64,000 bases of DNA from Candidatus Rokuibacteriota bacterium (GCA_044866005.1 JBIOTN010000057.1:6067-70066), one strand, 5' to 3'; shown: positions 27,460 through 36,690, numbered from the stretch's first letter. Notes: generated by a model not told the origin, from the sequence alone. Made by a program: numbers and translations.

Positions 27460-28882
27460 GGCCGGCTCGTTCACGCTCCGCGCCCGCGGGGCGATCGGCG
27501 ACCGGTTCCTCCAGGAGGCCCTGTCGACGGCGACGAGCAAGTTCGGCGAGGCGCGGAGCCGCGCCCTTGCCGAGTTCCCGGACAGCGAGCGCTACCGCCA
27601 GCGGGCGCGGGAGATCAAGGAAGCGACGCTGGAGCGCCTCGACGAGCACCTCGAGCGGCTCGCCGACAACGTGGAGCGTGCCGGCGGCGTCGTGCACTGG
27701 GCCCGGGATGCCGCGGAGGCGCGCCAGATCATCCTCGGGCTGGCGCACGCGCGCGGGGCCCGCCTCGTCGTCAAGTCGAAGTCGATGGCGACCGAGGAGA
27801 TCCACCTGAACGAGGCCCTCGAGGCGGCCGGCATCGCCGCGGTCGAGACCGACCTCGGCGAGTACATCATCCAGCTCGCCCACGAGCGGCCGTCGCACAT
27901 CATCGTGCCGGCGGTCCACAAGACCCGGGCGCAGATCGCGACGCTCTTCACCGCGGCGACGCGCCGGGTCGTGGCGGCCGAGCCCGAGGCGCTGACGCGC
28001 GTGGCCCGGGAGGAGCTGCGGGCGCGCTTCCTCCAGGCCGACATGGGAATCTCCGGCGTGAACTTCGCGATCGCCGAGACCGGCACGCTCGTGCTGGTGA
28101 CCAACGAGGGCAACGGACGCCTCGTGACGACCCTGCCGCGGACCCACGTGGCGGTCATGGGGGTGGACAAGGTCATCCCTGCCCTGGCGGACCTCATGGT
28201 GTTCCTCCAGCTCCTCCCGCGCGCCGCCACGGGGCAGACCCTCACGGCCTACACGAATCTGATCCGAGGGCCGCGGCGGGCGGGGGAGACGGACGGGCCG
28301 GACGAGCTCCACCTCGTCATCCTCGACAACGGGCGCGTCGCGCAGCTGGCCGGGCCGTTGCGCGAGGCGCTCTACTGCCTGCGCTGCGGGGCCTGCCTGA
28401 ACGTCTGCCCCGTCTACCGCCAGGTCGGCGGCCACGCCTACGGCCACACCTATCCCGGCCCGATCGGGATCCTTCTCACCGCGATGCTCGAGGGGACCGG
28501 TGCGGTGCGCGACCTCGCCCACGCCTCGAGCCTCTGCGGCGCGTGCCTGGAGGCCTGCCCGGTGAAGATCGACATCCCGCGGATGCTCGTCGCGCTCCGC
28601 ACCCGGCTCGACGTCGAGCGCCTGGCCCCCGCGCCCGAGCGGCTCCTCTTCCGGACCCTGGGCCGGCTCCTGCGTCGTCCGGCGCTCTTCCGCGCGGCGG
28701 GGCGGGGTGCCCGGTGGCTCCAGCGGCCGCTCGTCGCCCCGGACGGGCGGCTTCGGGGCCTTCCCGGCTTCTTCCGCGGCTGGACGGCCTCCCGGGACCT
28801 TCCGCCGCTCGCGGAGCGGTCGTTCAGCGAACGCTGGCAGACGCTCCGCGCCGAGGAGCGCAGGCCCGGCGTCGGACCATGA
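27443..28882 (+). CDS. lutB: LutB lactate utilisation iron-sulfur protein
   Basis: 3' part of ORF 26915..28882 from GTG 27443. LUD domain plus CLRCGACLNVCPVY and CGACLEACPVKIDIP. Confidence 0.85.
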   Translation: MQATPEAGSFTLRARGAIGDRFLQEALSTATSKFGEARSRALAEFPDSERYRQRAREIKEATLERLDEHLERLADNVERAGGVVHWARDAAEARQIILGLAHARGARLVVKSKSMATEEIHLNEALEAAGIAAVETDLGEYIIQLAHERPSHIIVPAVHKTRAQIATLFTAATRRVVAAEPEALTRVAREELRARFLQADMGISGVNFAIAETGTLVLVTNEGNGRLVTTLPRTHVAVMGVDKVIPALADLMVFLQLLPRAATGQTLTAYTNLIRGPRRAGETDGPDELHLVILDNGRVAQLAGPLREALYCLRCGACLNVCPVYRQVGGHAYGHTYPGPIGILLTAMLEGTGAVRDLAHASSLCGACLEACPVKIDIPRMLVALRTRLDVERLAPAPERLLFRTLGRLLRRPALFRAAGRGARWLQRPLVAPDGRLRGLPGFFRGWTASRDLPPLAERSFSERWQTLRAEERRPGVGP

Positions 28883-29613
28883 CCACGCGCGAGGCGTTCC
28901 TCGACGGTGTCCGCCGCGAGATGGCCAGGCTCGGCGGCCTCCCCAGCGCCACCCCCGGGGCGCGCCCCCCGGATCCGGTCACCGCGGCGGCGGTGGTCCG
29001 CGAGCGCGCGCGGGGCGACTGGGAGCGGCTGCTGGCGCGCTTCCGCGCGGAAGCCGAGCGCGTCGGCACGATCTTCCACCGTGTGCCGACCGTGGAGGCC
29101 GCGGGCGAGGTCGTGCTCGGGCTGGCGCAGGCGCGGGGTGCCCGCCGCGTGGCGAGCTGGGCGCGCCGCCGGCTCGGCGTGGTGGCCGAGGTGGCGAGCG
29201 GGCTCGTCCGGGCCGGTCTCGAAGTGCTCGAGGCCTCCCCGGAGGAGCTGCCGGACGCCGCGCGCGACCGCTTGCGCGCCCTCGTGGCCGAGGCGGACCT
29301 CGGGTTGACGACGGCCGACCTCGCGATCGCGGAGACGGGGTCGCTCGTGCTCGCATCGGGGGTCGGCAAGGGGCGGAGCGTGTCGCTCCTGCCGCCGTGC
29401 CATGTCGCCGTGCTGGGGCGCGCCGAGCTCGTGCCCGGCCTCGCCGAGGCCGGAGTCGTGCTCGAGGCCTGGCACGCGGCGCCCCGGCTGGACGCCGGCG
29501 CCAACATCGTGTTCGTCACGGGACCGAGCCGGACGGCCGACATCGAGCTCACGCTGATCCGCGGCGTGCACGGGCCCAGGGAGGTGCACGCCGTGTTCGT
29601 GGACGCGCTGTGA
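28879..29613 (+). CDS. lutC: LutC lactate utilisation protein
   Basis: 3' part of ORF 28543..29613. ATG 28879 overlaps the lutB stop (ATGA). LUD-domain pattern ADLGLTTADLAIAETGSLVL...SLLPPCHVAVL. Confidence 0.8.
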   Translation: MTTREAFLDGVRREMARLGGLPSATPGARPPDPVTAAAVVRERARGDWERLLARFRAEAERVGTIFHRVPTVEAAGEVVLGLAQARGARRVASWARRRLGVVAEVASGLVRAGLEVLEASPEELPDAARDRLRALVAEADLGLTTADLAIAETGSLVLASGVGKGRSVSLLPPCHVAVLGRAELVPGLAEAGVVLEAWHAAPRLDAGANIVFVTGPSRTADIELTLIRGVHGPREVHAVFVDAL

Positions 29614-29635
29614 GGCCGCCGGCGCGCTGAACGCG

Positions 29636-30055
29636 ATGGCCGAGGAGGCGAAGAAGTTCTTCACGGTGGACGAGGCGGAGCGGCTGATCCCGCGCCTGGA
29701 GCCGATCATGCGACGCGTGGCCGACTGCCGCGCGCGGGCGGGCGAGCTACGCGACGCGCTCCAGGAGGCGCAGCGCCGGGTCATGCTGGCCGGCGGCGTC
29801 CGGCTCGACCAGGAGTTCTGGCGCGCGAGGCGGGCACAGCTCGGCGCAGTCATGGCGGAGCTCCACGAGAAGCTCGGCGAGATTGTCAGCCTGGGAGCGC
29901 TCCCCAAGGACCTCGGGATGGGGCTGGTCGACTTCCCGGCGCGCCTCGGCGAGCGCGAGGTGAACCTCTGCTGGCGGTCCGGAGAGGAGCGCATCCGGTT
30001 CTGGCACGGGCTCGACGAGGGCTACGCCAACCGGAAGCCGCTGCCGGGCCGGTGA
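29636..30055 (+). CDS. DUF2203-family protein
   Basis: ORF 29636..30055. KKFFTVDEAERLIPRLEPIM...GLVDFPARLGEREVNLCWRSGEERIRFWH. Confidence 0.65.
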   Translation: MAEEAKKFFTVDEAERLIPRLEPIMRRVADCRARAGELRDALQEAQRRVMLAGGVRLDQEFWRARRAQLGAVMAELHEKLGEIVSLGALPKDLGMGLVDFPARLGEREVNLCWRSGEERIRFWHGLDEGYANRKPLPGR

Positions 30056-30065
30056 GGGGCGAGCG

Positions 30066-31058
30066 ATGCAGCTGATTCCGGCGAACACGGGCTCCTACCC
30101 GCGGATTGGCGACACGCCGGAGGCGCAACGACACCGGCGCGCGTACGCGCAGCGGGAGCGCGGCGAGATCTCGGCGAGCGAGTGGCAGACGGTCGAGGAC
30201 GAGTCGACGCGCGAGATCGTGGCCGAGCAGCTCGCCGCCGGCGTCGAGCTGCCGACCGATGGGCTGGTGCGCTGGTACGACCCGATCTCGCACCTCGCCC
30301 GTCCGCTCGCGCACGTGACGATCGACGGCCTCCTGCGCTACTTCGACACGAACTTCTACTTCCGGCAGCCGGTCGTGAGCGGTCGGATCGCCCGGCGGGA
30401 GCCCACCCTCGCGCGCGAGTTCGAGGTGGCCCGCGACGCCGCCGCCCCGCGGCCGGTGAAGGCGGTCCTCACCGGGCCGTACAGCCTGGCCCGGGGCTCC
30501 ATCCTCGAGGCGGGCTACCGGGACCGCGACGCGCTCGTCCAGGCCTACGCCGAGGTGCTGGCGGCCGAGATCGCGGACCTGGCACGGGCCGGCGCGACCC
30601 TGATCCAGGTGGACGAGCCCTTCCTGCTCCAGCACCCCGAGGACGCGGACCTGGTCGCCCAGACCTTCGCGACGCTCGCGGCGGCGCGGGGCACGGCGCG
30701 GCTCGCCTGCTACACCTACTTCGGCGACGCGCTGCCGCTGTACGACGACCTCCAGGCGCTCCCCGTGGACGTGCTGGGCTTTGACTTCACGTACAGCCCG
30801 AAGCTCGCGGATCGGATCGCCGAGACCGGCAGCGACAAGACGCTCGGCCTGGGCCTGATCGACGGCCGCAACACCAAGCTGGAGACCCGCGAGACGGTGT
30901 ACCCGGTCCTGGACCGCGTCCTGCCGCGTCTGCGCGACAGTGCGTACCTCAACCCCTCCTGCGGTCTGGAGTTCCTGCCCCGGGACCGCGCCCGGGCGAA
31001 GCTCGAGTCGATGGCCCGGCTGGCTCGCGAATACGCCGGCGGGAGGAGCGTGAGATGA
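30066..31058 (+). CDS. Cobalamin-independent methionine synthase N-terminal-domain homologue (no Zn site)
   Basis: ORF 30066..31058. MetE-like (beta/alpha)8 pattern YPRIG...ELPTDGLVRWYD...IQVDEPFL. The His-x-Cys Zn motif is absent (LACYTYFGD). Confidence 0.75.
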   Translation: MQLIPANTGSYPRIGDTPEAQRHRRAYAQRERGEISASEWQTVEDESTREIVAEQLAAGVELPTDGLVRWYDPISHLARPLAHVTIDGLLRYFDTNFYFRQPVVSGRIARREPTLAREFEVARDAAAPRPVKAVLTGPYSLARGSILEAGYRDRDALVQAYAEVLAAEIADLARAGATLIQVDEPFLLQHPEDADLVAQTFATLAAARGTARLACYTYFGDALPLYDDLQALPVDVLGFDFTYSPKLADRIAETGSDKTLGLGLIDGRNTKLETRETVYPVLDRVLPRLRDSAYLNPSCGLEFLPRDRARAKLESMARLAREYAGGRSVR

Positions 31059-32056
31059 GCCGTCAGAAGCTCGAGAGCCTCGGCCTCACCCTGCCGATCC
31101 TGCCCACCTCCACGGTGGGGAGCTTTCCCAAGCCGCCGTACCTGACCGAGGCGCGGGCGAAGCTCGCCCGGAACGCCATCACCCGCGCCGAGCTCGACCG
31201 CCTGGAACGCCAGGCCACCGAGTTCTGGGTCCGGGCGCAGGAAGAGCTGGGCGTGGACGTGCTCGTGGACGGCGAGCAGTACCGGGGCGACATGGTCGCC
31301 TACTTCGCCGAGCTGATGGGTGGGTTCGCACCCGGCGGCCTCGTGCGCTCCTACGGCAACCGCTACTACCACAAGCCCGTGATCGTCGGCGAGGTGAAGT
31401 GGCCCGGGGCGATGACCGTCGCCTGGTGGCGCTTCACGCAGTCGCTGACGAGCCGGCCGGTGAAGGGCATGCTGACGGGGCCCTACACGATCATGGATTG
31501 GTCGTTCAACGACTACTACCCCGACCGCAAGAGCGCGTGCCTCGCGCTGGCCCGCGAGGTCCGGAAGGAGCTCGAGGCGCTGCTCGAAGCGGGGGCGAAG
31601 ATCATCCAGATCGACGAGCCCGCCCTCTCCGTGCGGCCGGACGAGCTCCCGTTCGCCGTCGACGCCATGCACGTCGTGGTGGAGGGCCTGCCCGCCTACT
31701 ACATCAGCCACGCGTGCTTCGGCGCCTTCGAGACCATCTACCCGGGGCTGCTCGACCTGCCCGTCGACAACCTCGACCTGGCCATCTCCCACAGTGCCCT
31801 GGACCTGCTCGCGATGTTCGCAAAGGATCCCTTCACCAAGGACCTCTCGCTCGGCGTGCTCGACGTCCACACCCACGCGGTCGAGTCGCCCGACGAGGTC
31901 AAGGCACGGATCATGCGCGGCGCCGGCGTGCTGCCGAAAGAGCGGATCTGGGTGGATCCGGACTGCGGCTTGAAGACCCGGACGGTGGACGAGGCCCGAG
32001 GAAAGCTGGCTTCCATGATGGCCGCGGTGCGGCAGGTGCGAGGCGCGCTGGCCTGA
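31055..32056 (+). CDS. metE: Cobalamin-independent methionine synthase catalytic (C-terminal-domain) homologue
   Basis: ORF 31055..32056. ATG overlaps the upstream stop (ATGA). PTSTVGSFPKP, IIQIDEPAL, Zn ligand pattern ISHACFG...E...VDPDCGLKTR. Confidence 0.8.
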   Translation: MSRQKLESLGLTLPILPTSTVGSFPKPPYLTEARAKLARNAITRAELDRLERQATEFWVRAQEELGVDVLVDGEQYRGDMVAYFAELMGGFAPGGLVRSYGNRYYHKPVIVGEVKWPGAMTVAWWRFTQSLTSRPVKGMLTGPYTIMDWSFNDYYPDRKSACLALAREVRKELEALLEAGAKIIQIDEPALSVRPDELPFAVDAMHVVVEGLPAYYISHACFGAFETIYPGLLDLPVDNLDLAISHSALDLLAMFAKDPFTKDLSLGVLDVHTHAVESPDEVKARIMRGAGVLPKERIWVDPDCGLKTRTVDEARGKLASMMAAVRQVRGALA

Positions 32057-32078
32057 GGGCCGGGGGCCGCCCGTCTCG

Positions 32079-32834
32079 ATGCCGGGCTACACGACGATCC
32101 TCTTCGACCTCTTCGACACGCTGGTCCGGCTCGATCGGGAGCGGCTCCCCCTCGTGCGGCTCGACGGTCGCGAGGTCCGGTCATCGGTCGGCCGGCTCTA
32201 TCCCGTCCTGGCCGCGGCGCGGCCCGGGGTGACCCTCCAGGGGTTCTACGACGCGTTCCTCTGGAGCTATCGCGAGGCCGACCGGCGGCGCGCGCTGGAC
32301 CACCGCGAGATCCCCGCGCCCGAGCGCCTCGCGTACTGCTACGCCCGACTGGGGATCGACCCCGCGGCCGTCCCGGCCGACCTCACCCACCGCCTGCTCG
32401 CCCTCCACATGGCGGCGCTGGCCGAAGTGGCCGAGCCGCTGCCGGGCCGTCCGGAGCTCCTCGACTGGCTCGGCGGCCGCTACCGGCTCGCCGTCGTCTC
32501 GAACTTCGACTACACGCCTACCGTCCACCGCATCCTCGAGCACGGCGGCATCCGGGACCGGTTCGACGCCGTTGTCGTCTCGGACGCGGTCGGCTGGCGG
32601 AAGCCGAGCGCGGCGATCTTCGAAGCCGCCCTCGCGGGGCTCGGCGTCGAGATCCGGGATTGCCTCTTCGTCGGGGACCTGCCCGACGTGGACGTGGCCG
32701 GGGCGAAGGGAATCGGGATGGACGTCGCCTGGCTGAACCCCGCCGGCGCCGAGTTCCCGGCGGGCCTGCCGCCGCCCGACTTCACGCTCGGCCGGCTGGC
32801 CGACCTGCGCCCCATCCTCGAGCAGGCGCCCTAG
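32079..32834 (+). CDS. HAD-superfamily hydrolase
   Basis: ORF 32079..32834. Motif I ILFDLFDTLV, motif III/IV ...KPSAAIFE...FVGDLPDVDVAGAKGIG. Confidence 0.8.
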   Translation: MPGYTTILFDLFDTLVRLDRERLPLVRLDGREVRSSVGRLYPVLAAARPGVTLQGFYDAFLWSYREADRRRALDHREIPAPERLAYCYARLGIDPAAVPADLTHRLLALHMAALAEVAEPLPGRPELLDWLGGRYRLAVVSNFDYTPTVHRILEHGGIRDRFDAVVVSDAVGWRKPSAAIFEAALAGLGVEIRDCLFVGDLPDVDVAGAKGIGMDVAWLNPAGAEFPAGLPPPDFTLGRLADLRPILEQAP

Positions 32835-32928
32835 AGGGGTTCCCGGGGGGGCTCGGCAGACCGCCCGACGCCTGACACGCCCCGGGCTCTGTGGAGGCCG
32901 TGGAGGCCGTGGCCCGGCCAAAAAGGGC

Positions 32929-32958
32929 TTGACCCACCGGGCCCCCTTCCGGTATAGT
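32929..32958 (+). promoter_or_regulatory. Strong sigma70-like promoter with upstream A-tract (csp promoter)
   Basis: AAAAAGGGC-TTGACC (32929..32934), 18 nt, TATAGT (32953..32958). Confidence 0.6.
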
Positions 32959-33011
32959 CCCTTTTCGATTGACGGGGCAGGCTGCTTGTCAGGAGATCGA
33001 CGTCGATCCCG

Positions 33012-33048
33012 CCGCAAGGGCTGCAACTGACCGCCCTTGCGGTTTTTT
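33012..33048 (+). terminator. Canonical intrinsic terminator inside the csp leader (attenuator or 3' end of a short RNA)
   Basis: CCGCAAGGGC-(11-nt loop)-GCCCTTGCGG followed directly by TTTTTT (33043..33048). It sits about 55 nt downstream of the predicted transcription start site (TSS) and 44 nt upstream of the csp ATG. Confidence 0.6.
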
Positions 33049-33091
33049 GTTGGCCGCTGCGCCCCCAGCCCCACGGAAGGAGACCGAAGGA

Positions 33092-33295
33092 ATGCGTGAG
33101 AGCGGAACGGTCAAGTGGTTCAACGAGGCGAAGGGGTACGGCTTCATCGAGCGCCCCGGCGGGGAGGACGTCTTCGTCCACTACTCCGCCATCCAGGGCT
33201 CGGGCTTTCGCACCCTGGCGGAGGGCCAGGCGGTGGAGTTCGACGTCGTGGAGGGTCCGAAGGGCAAGCAGGCGGCCAACGTGACCAAGAAATAG
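33092..33295 (+). CDS. cspA: Cold-shock protein (CspA family)
   Basis: 3' part of ORF 32969..33295 from ATG 33092 (GGAAGGAGA SD). [15 protein letters not shown] (RNP1), VFVHYSAI (RNP2). Confidence 0.95.
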   Translation: MRESGTVKWFNEAKGYGFIERPGGEDVFVHYSAIQGSGFRTLAEGQAVEFDVVEGPKGKQAANVTKK

Positions 33296-33325
33296 GCGCG
33301 TGCCGGACGATACACCGGCCGAGGC

Positions 33326-33360
33326 GGCCCCGGGGGACGACCCCGGGGCCGTTTCGTTCT
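33326..33360 (+). terminator. Intrinsic terminator after csp
   Basis: GGCCCCGGGG-GACGA-CCCCGGGGCC followed by GTTTCGTTCT. Confidence 0.6.
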
Positions 33361-33426
33361 CGACGGTCGCGCATCTCCGGGAGGCCCCGGGGCGTCTGAT
33401 ATAATCGAGGACACTGCGACCGGACC

Positions 33427-34368
33427 ATGGGCGGAAACGCCGTTCACGACGTGATCATCCTGGGGTCGGGCCCCGCCGGCCTCACGGCAGCCATCTACAC
33501 GGGCCGCGCGAACCTTTCCCCCCTGATGCTCGCGGGCAGCCAGCCGGGCGGTCAGCTGACGCTGACGACCGACGTGGAGAACTACCCCGGCTTCGAGGAG
33601 GGCGTCCTCGGGCCCGACCTGATGGACGTGATGCGGCGGCAGGCCAAGCGCTTCGGGGCGGAGATCCTGGACGAGGACGCGGTCGCCGTGGACCTCGTCC
33701 ACCGCCCGTTCACCGTGAAGACGACCGACCGGACCTACCAGGCCCGGACCCTCGTGATCGCGACCGGTGCGTCGGCGAAGATGCTCGGGCTCGAGTCGGA
33801 GAAGAAGCTGCTCGGGCGCGGCGTCTCGACGTGCGCGACCTGCGACGGATTCTTCTTCAAGGGGCAGGAGCTCGCGGTCGTCGGCGGCGGCGACTCGGCG
33901 ATGGAGGAGGCGACCTTCCTCACGAAGTTCGCGACCCGGGTGAGCGTCGTCCACCGGCGGGAGACCCTGCGCGCGTCGAAGATCATGCAGGATCGTGCCC
34001 GACGGAACGAGCGGATCGCCTGGATCTGGGACACCGCCGTGGAGGAGATCCTCGGCGCCGATCAGGGCAAGGTCACCGGCGTGCGGCTGCGCAACCTGAA
34101 AAGCGGCCAGGTCAGCGAGATGCCGGTGGGCGGCGTCTTCGTGGCGATCGGGCACACGCCGAACACGCAGCTCTTCGCGGGCCAGCTCGAGCTGGATCCC
34201 GGCGGCTACGTCGTGACGCAGCCCGGCTCGACGCGCACGAGCGTCCCCGGCGTGTTCGCCGCCGGCGACGTGGCCGACCACGTCTACCGTCAGGCCGTCA
34301 CGGCCGCGGGCACCGGATGCATGGCGGCCATCGACGCCGAGCGCTTCCTGGAGGCCGAGACGCACTGA
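33427..34368 (+). CDS. trxB: Thioredoxin-disulfide reductase
   Basis: ORF 33427..34368. GSGPAG, redox-active CATCDG, GGGDSAMEEA. Preceded by TGaTATAAT (33397..33405). Confidence 0.95.
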   Translation: MGGNAVHDVIILGSGPAGLTAAIYTGRANLSPLMLAGSQPGGQLTLTTDVENYPGFEEGVLGPDLMDVMRRQAKRFGAEILDEDAVAVDLVHRPFTVKTTDRTYQARTLVIATGASAKMLGLESEKKLLGRGVSTCATCDGFFFKGQELAVVGGGDSAMEEATFLTKFATRVSVVHRRETLRASKIMQDRARRNERIAWIWDTAVEEILGADQGKVTGVRLRNLKSGQVSEMPVGGVFVAIGHTPNTQLFAGQLELDPGGYVVTQPGSTRTSVPGVFAAGDVADHVYRQAVTAAGTGCMAAIDAERFLEAETH

Positions 34369-34541
34369 GGCCCGGGAGGCGCCCGTCGCGGCGCCTCTCC
34401 CGCGTCGGGCCGTCCCCGCGCCGGGCCGGGCGCGCGCGAGGGCAGGCTCCCTCCCGAGTTCTTCGTCCTGACCAGTCCATTCGCGCGGGTTCCCCGCTGC
34501 GGGTGGCGGCCCGACGCGCCGTCCCCCGGCCGCCGGCCCCC

Positions 34542-35381
34542 CTACGTGCCGACGCGCAGCGGGGCGGCGAGCTCGCGCAGGTAGGCGATGGTCGAGAGAT
34601 AGGAGAGCTTTCCCGTTCGCGGGTTCTCCGACGGGACGTTCTCGATCTCGACCCGCAGTCGCCCGAAGGCGCCTTCCGCGGTGACGGTGTGGCGATTGCG
34701 GGCGAGTCCCGGCACTGCGTAGACGCGGATCCGCGTCGCGTCGGGACCGATCCCCGCGAGCGACACGGCGGCGACGACGTTCACGTTGGCGGGGAAGGCC
34801 CGGCACGCTTCCCGCGCCGTCCCGTCGAAGACGAGCGTCTCGTCCCGGAGCCGCTCGAGGTCGCGGCCCGCGACACCGGGCGCGCCCGCGAGCCCGCGGG
34901 GCGGCTTGCGCGTCTCCACGAGCACGCGCTCGAGGTGCCCGCCGATCGCCGCGCCCTTCAGCCCGTCGAGGCCGGCGATCGCCGCCGAGGGGGCGTGGAT
35001 CCGGCAGCCCTGCGCCGCCGCCAGCGCGGGCCACTCCGGATGGTCGAGGAGGCCGCCGACCGACAGCACCAGGAGGTCACGACCTGCCTCCAGCACGGCC
35101 GGGGCGATCGCGGCCAGGGCCGCCTGGGTCGCGGCCTCGACGACGACGTCGGATCGCGCGATCAGCTCGTCGAGCGCGAGGTAGGACGGCGCGCCCGGGA
35201 GCTTCTCGAGGAAGCCGCGACCGCGCGCGGCGTCGCGGCTCGTGGCGCCGCTGAGCGTGCACCCGGGAATCCCGTCCGCGAGCGCCTGGGCGACGGCGCG
35301 CCCGATGGCCCCCAGGCCGACGAGGCCCACCCGTCGCGACCGCGCCGCCGCGCCGCCCGCCACCGTATCGGTTCGCGTCAC
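34542..35381 (-). CDS. nadX: L-aspartate dehydrogenase (NadX-like)
   Basis: ORF 34542..35492 trimmed to GTG 35381 (GAGGAGG SD 7 nt upstream). VGLVGLGAIG Rossmann motif. Asp-DH C-terminal pattern PSAAIAGLDGLK...FPANVNV...HTVTAEGAFG. Confidence 0.8.
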   Translation of the reverse strand: MTRTDTVAGGAAARSRRVGLVGLGAIGRAVAQALADGIPGCTLSGATSRDAARGRGFLEKLPGAPSYLALDELIARSDVVVEAATQAALAAIAPAVLEAGRDLLVLSVGGLLDHPEWPALAAAQGCRIHAPSAAIAGLDGLKGAAIGGHLERVLVETRKPPRGLAGAPGVAGRDLERLRDETLVFDGTAREACRAFPANVNVVAAVSLAGIGPDATRIRVYAVPGLARNRHTVTAEGAFGRLRVEIENVPSENPRTGKLSYLSTIAYLRELAAPLRVGT

Positions 35382-35515
35382 CGCCAGCCTCCTCGCGCGG
35401 GACGTGGTTGCGGCGCCGGCATCGCGGTTGCAACCCTTCCCGAATGCGGCGGGCCGGATGGCGGGAGCGGAAGCGGTGGAACAGGCCCGCAAGCTCTGGG
35501 TCGTGGGGGCCGAAG

Positions 35516-35674
35516 ATGACGACCTGTCCGCGGTGTCACAGGGACGACCGCCCGCAGGAGATTGCCGTCGTCATGACGCGCTGGACCCCCACGGGGACGG
35601 AGACGACCCTCCGCTGTCCCGTGTGCGGCTGGCAGGAGACGGTTCGGTCCGCCCAGCCGGAACACGCCGCGTGA
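35516..35674 (+). CDS. Small zinc-ribbon protein (52 aa)
   Basis: 3' part of ORF 35408..35674 from ATG 35516. CPRC...CPVC pairs. About 88% of codons end in G/C. Confidence 0.45.
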   Translation: MTTCPRCHRDDRPQEIAVVMTRWTPTGTETTLRCPVCGWQETVRSAQPEHAA

Positions 35675-35794
35675 GCCGCGCCGCCGCCGGCCGCCACGCG
35701 CGCCCCTGAGCGCGCTCGCGTATCACGGCTCACCTCGCTCGTGCCCACGGACCACGGCATCCTAGCAACCGGTCTTCGGGAAATCAACACGGCG

Positions 35795-35803
35795 TGCTAT
35801 CCT
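35795..35803 (+). promoter_or_regulatory. Extended -10 element abutting the TIGR02757 start codon (leaderless candidate)
   Basis: TGcTATCCT, with the ATG (35812) 8 nt after the hexamer. Confidence 0.35.
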
Positions 35804-35811
35804 AGGCGCCG

Positions 35812-36690
35812 ATGACGGGGGGCGGCGTGTCAGCGGCGCGGGCGGTACGGCTGCGCGGACCGCTGGAAGGGCTCTACCGAGACTTCGATTACCGCGGCCG
35901 CCTGGCCCGCGACGCGATCCAGTATCCGCGCCGCTACGCCGATCCACTCGATCGCGAGATCGCCGCCCTCCTCACGGCGAGCCTTGCCTACGGCCGTGTC
36001 GACCTCTTCGGGCCGTGGGTCGAGCGCCTCCTCGGCTGGCTGGGACCGTCCCCGCGCGCCTTCGCCCTCGGCTTCGACCCCTCCCGGGACGCCGCCCGCT
36101 TCGCGCCGTTCCACTACCGCTTCAACCGCGGCGTCGACCTGGCCGCCGCGCTGCTGGCGATCCACCGGCTCCTCGCCCGACACGGCTCGCTGCGCCAGGC
36201 GTTCCTCGCCGGCTACTCCGAGACCGATCCCGACGTCCGCCCCGCGCTCGACCGGTTCGCGGGCTCGATCCTCGAGCAGGACTTCCGACCGGTCGGGATG
36301 CGGCGGCTCACCCCCGGCTTCCGCCACCTCTTCCCCCGGCCGGCCCACGGCGGCGCGTGCAAGCGATGGAACCTCTTCCTCCGCTGGATGGTGCGGCGCG
36401 ACCACCTGGACTTCGGCGATTGGCCGGAGATCCCGCCGGCCAAGCTCCTGATCCCGCTCGACACGCACGTCGCGAACATGGCGCACGCGCTCCGGCTGAC
36501 GCGGCTCCGGAGCCGGACCTGGCGGATGGCGGAGGACGTGACGCGGAGCCTCCGCGCCGTGGACCGGGCCGATCCCGTCAAGTACGACTTCGCGCTCTGC
36601 CACACGCGCATGCGCGGGGACTGCCTGGGGCGCCGCGCTCCGGTGTGCGACGGGTGCGGCCTCCGAGCGGTGTGCCGGCACTGGCGGTGA
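35812..36690 (+). CDS. TIGR02757/DUF2400-family protein (HhH-GPD superfamily-like)
   Basis: ORF 35812..36690. DPLDREIAALLTASLAYGRV, CKRWNLFLRWMVR, LLIPLDTHV, C-terminal Cys cluster. Confidence 0.7.
   Translation: MTGGGVSAARAVRLRGPLEGLYRDFDYRGRLARDAIQYPRRYADPLDREIAALLTASLAYGRVDLFGPWVERLLGWLGPSPRAFALGFDPSRDAARFAPFHYRFNRGVDLAAALLAIHRLLARHGSLRQAFLAGYSETDPDVRPALDRFAGSILEQDFRPVGMRRLTPGFRHLFPRPAHGGACKRWNLFLRWMVRRDHLDFGDWPEIPPAKLLIPLDTHVANMAHALRLTRLRSRTWRMAEDVTRSLRAVDRADPVKYDFALCHTRMRGDCLGRRAPVCDGCGLRAVCRHWR

Noticed and set aside
32891-32914. Tandem 9-mer GTGGAGGCC GTGGAGGCC GTGGCC upstream of the csp promoter.
   Set aside because: There are only about 2.6 copies with no spacers, so it is not a CRISPR or a larger array. 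It is probably slippage or part of a weak hairpin downstream of the HAD gene.
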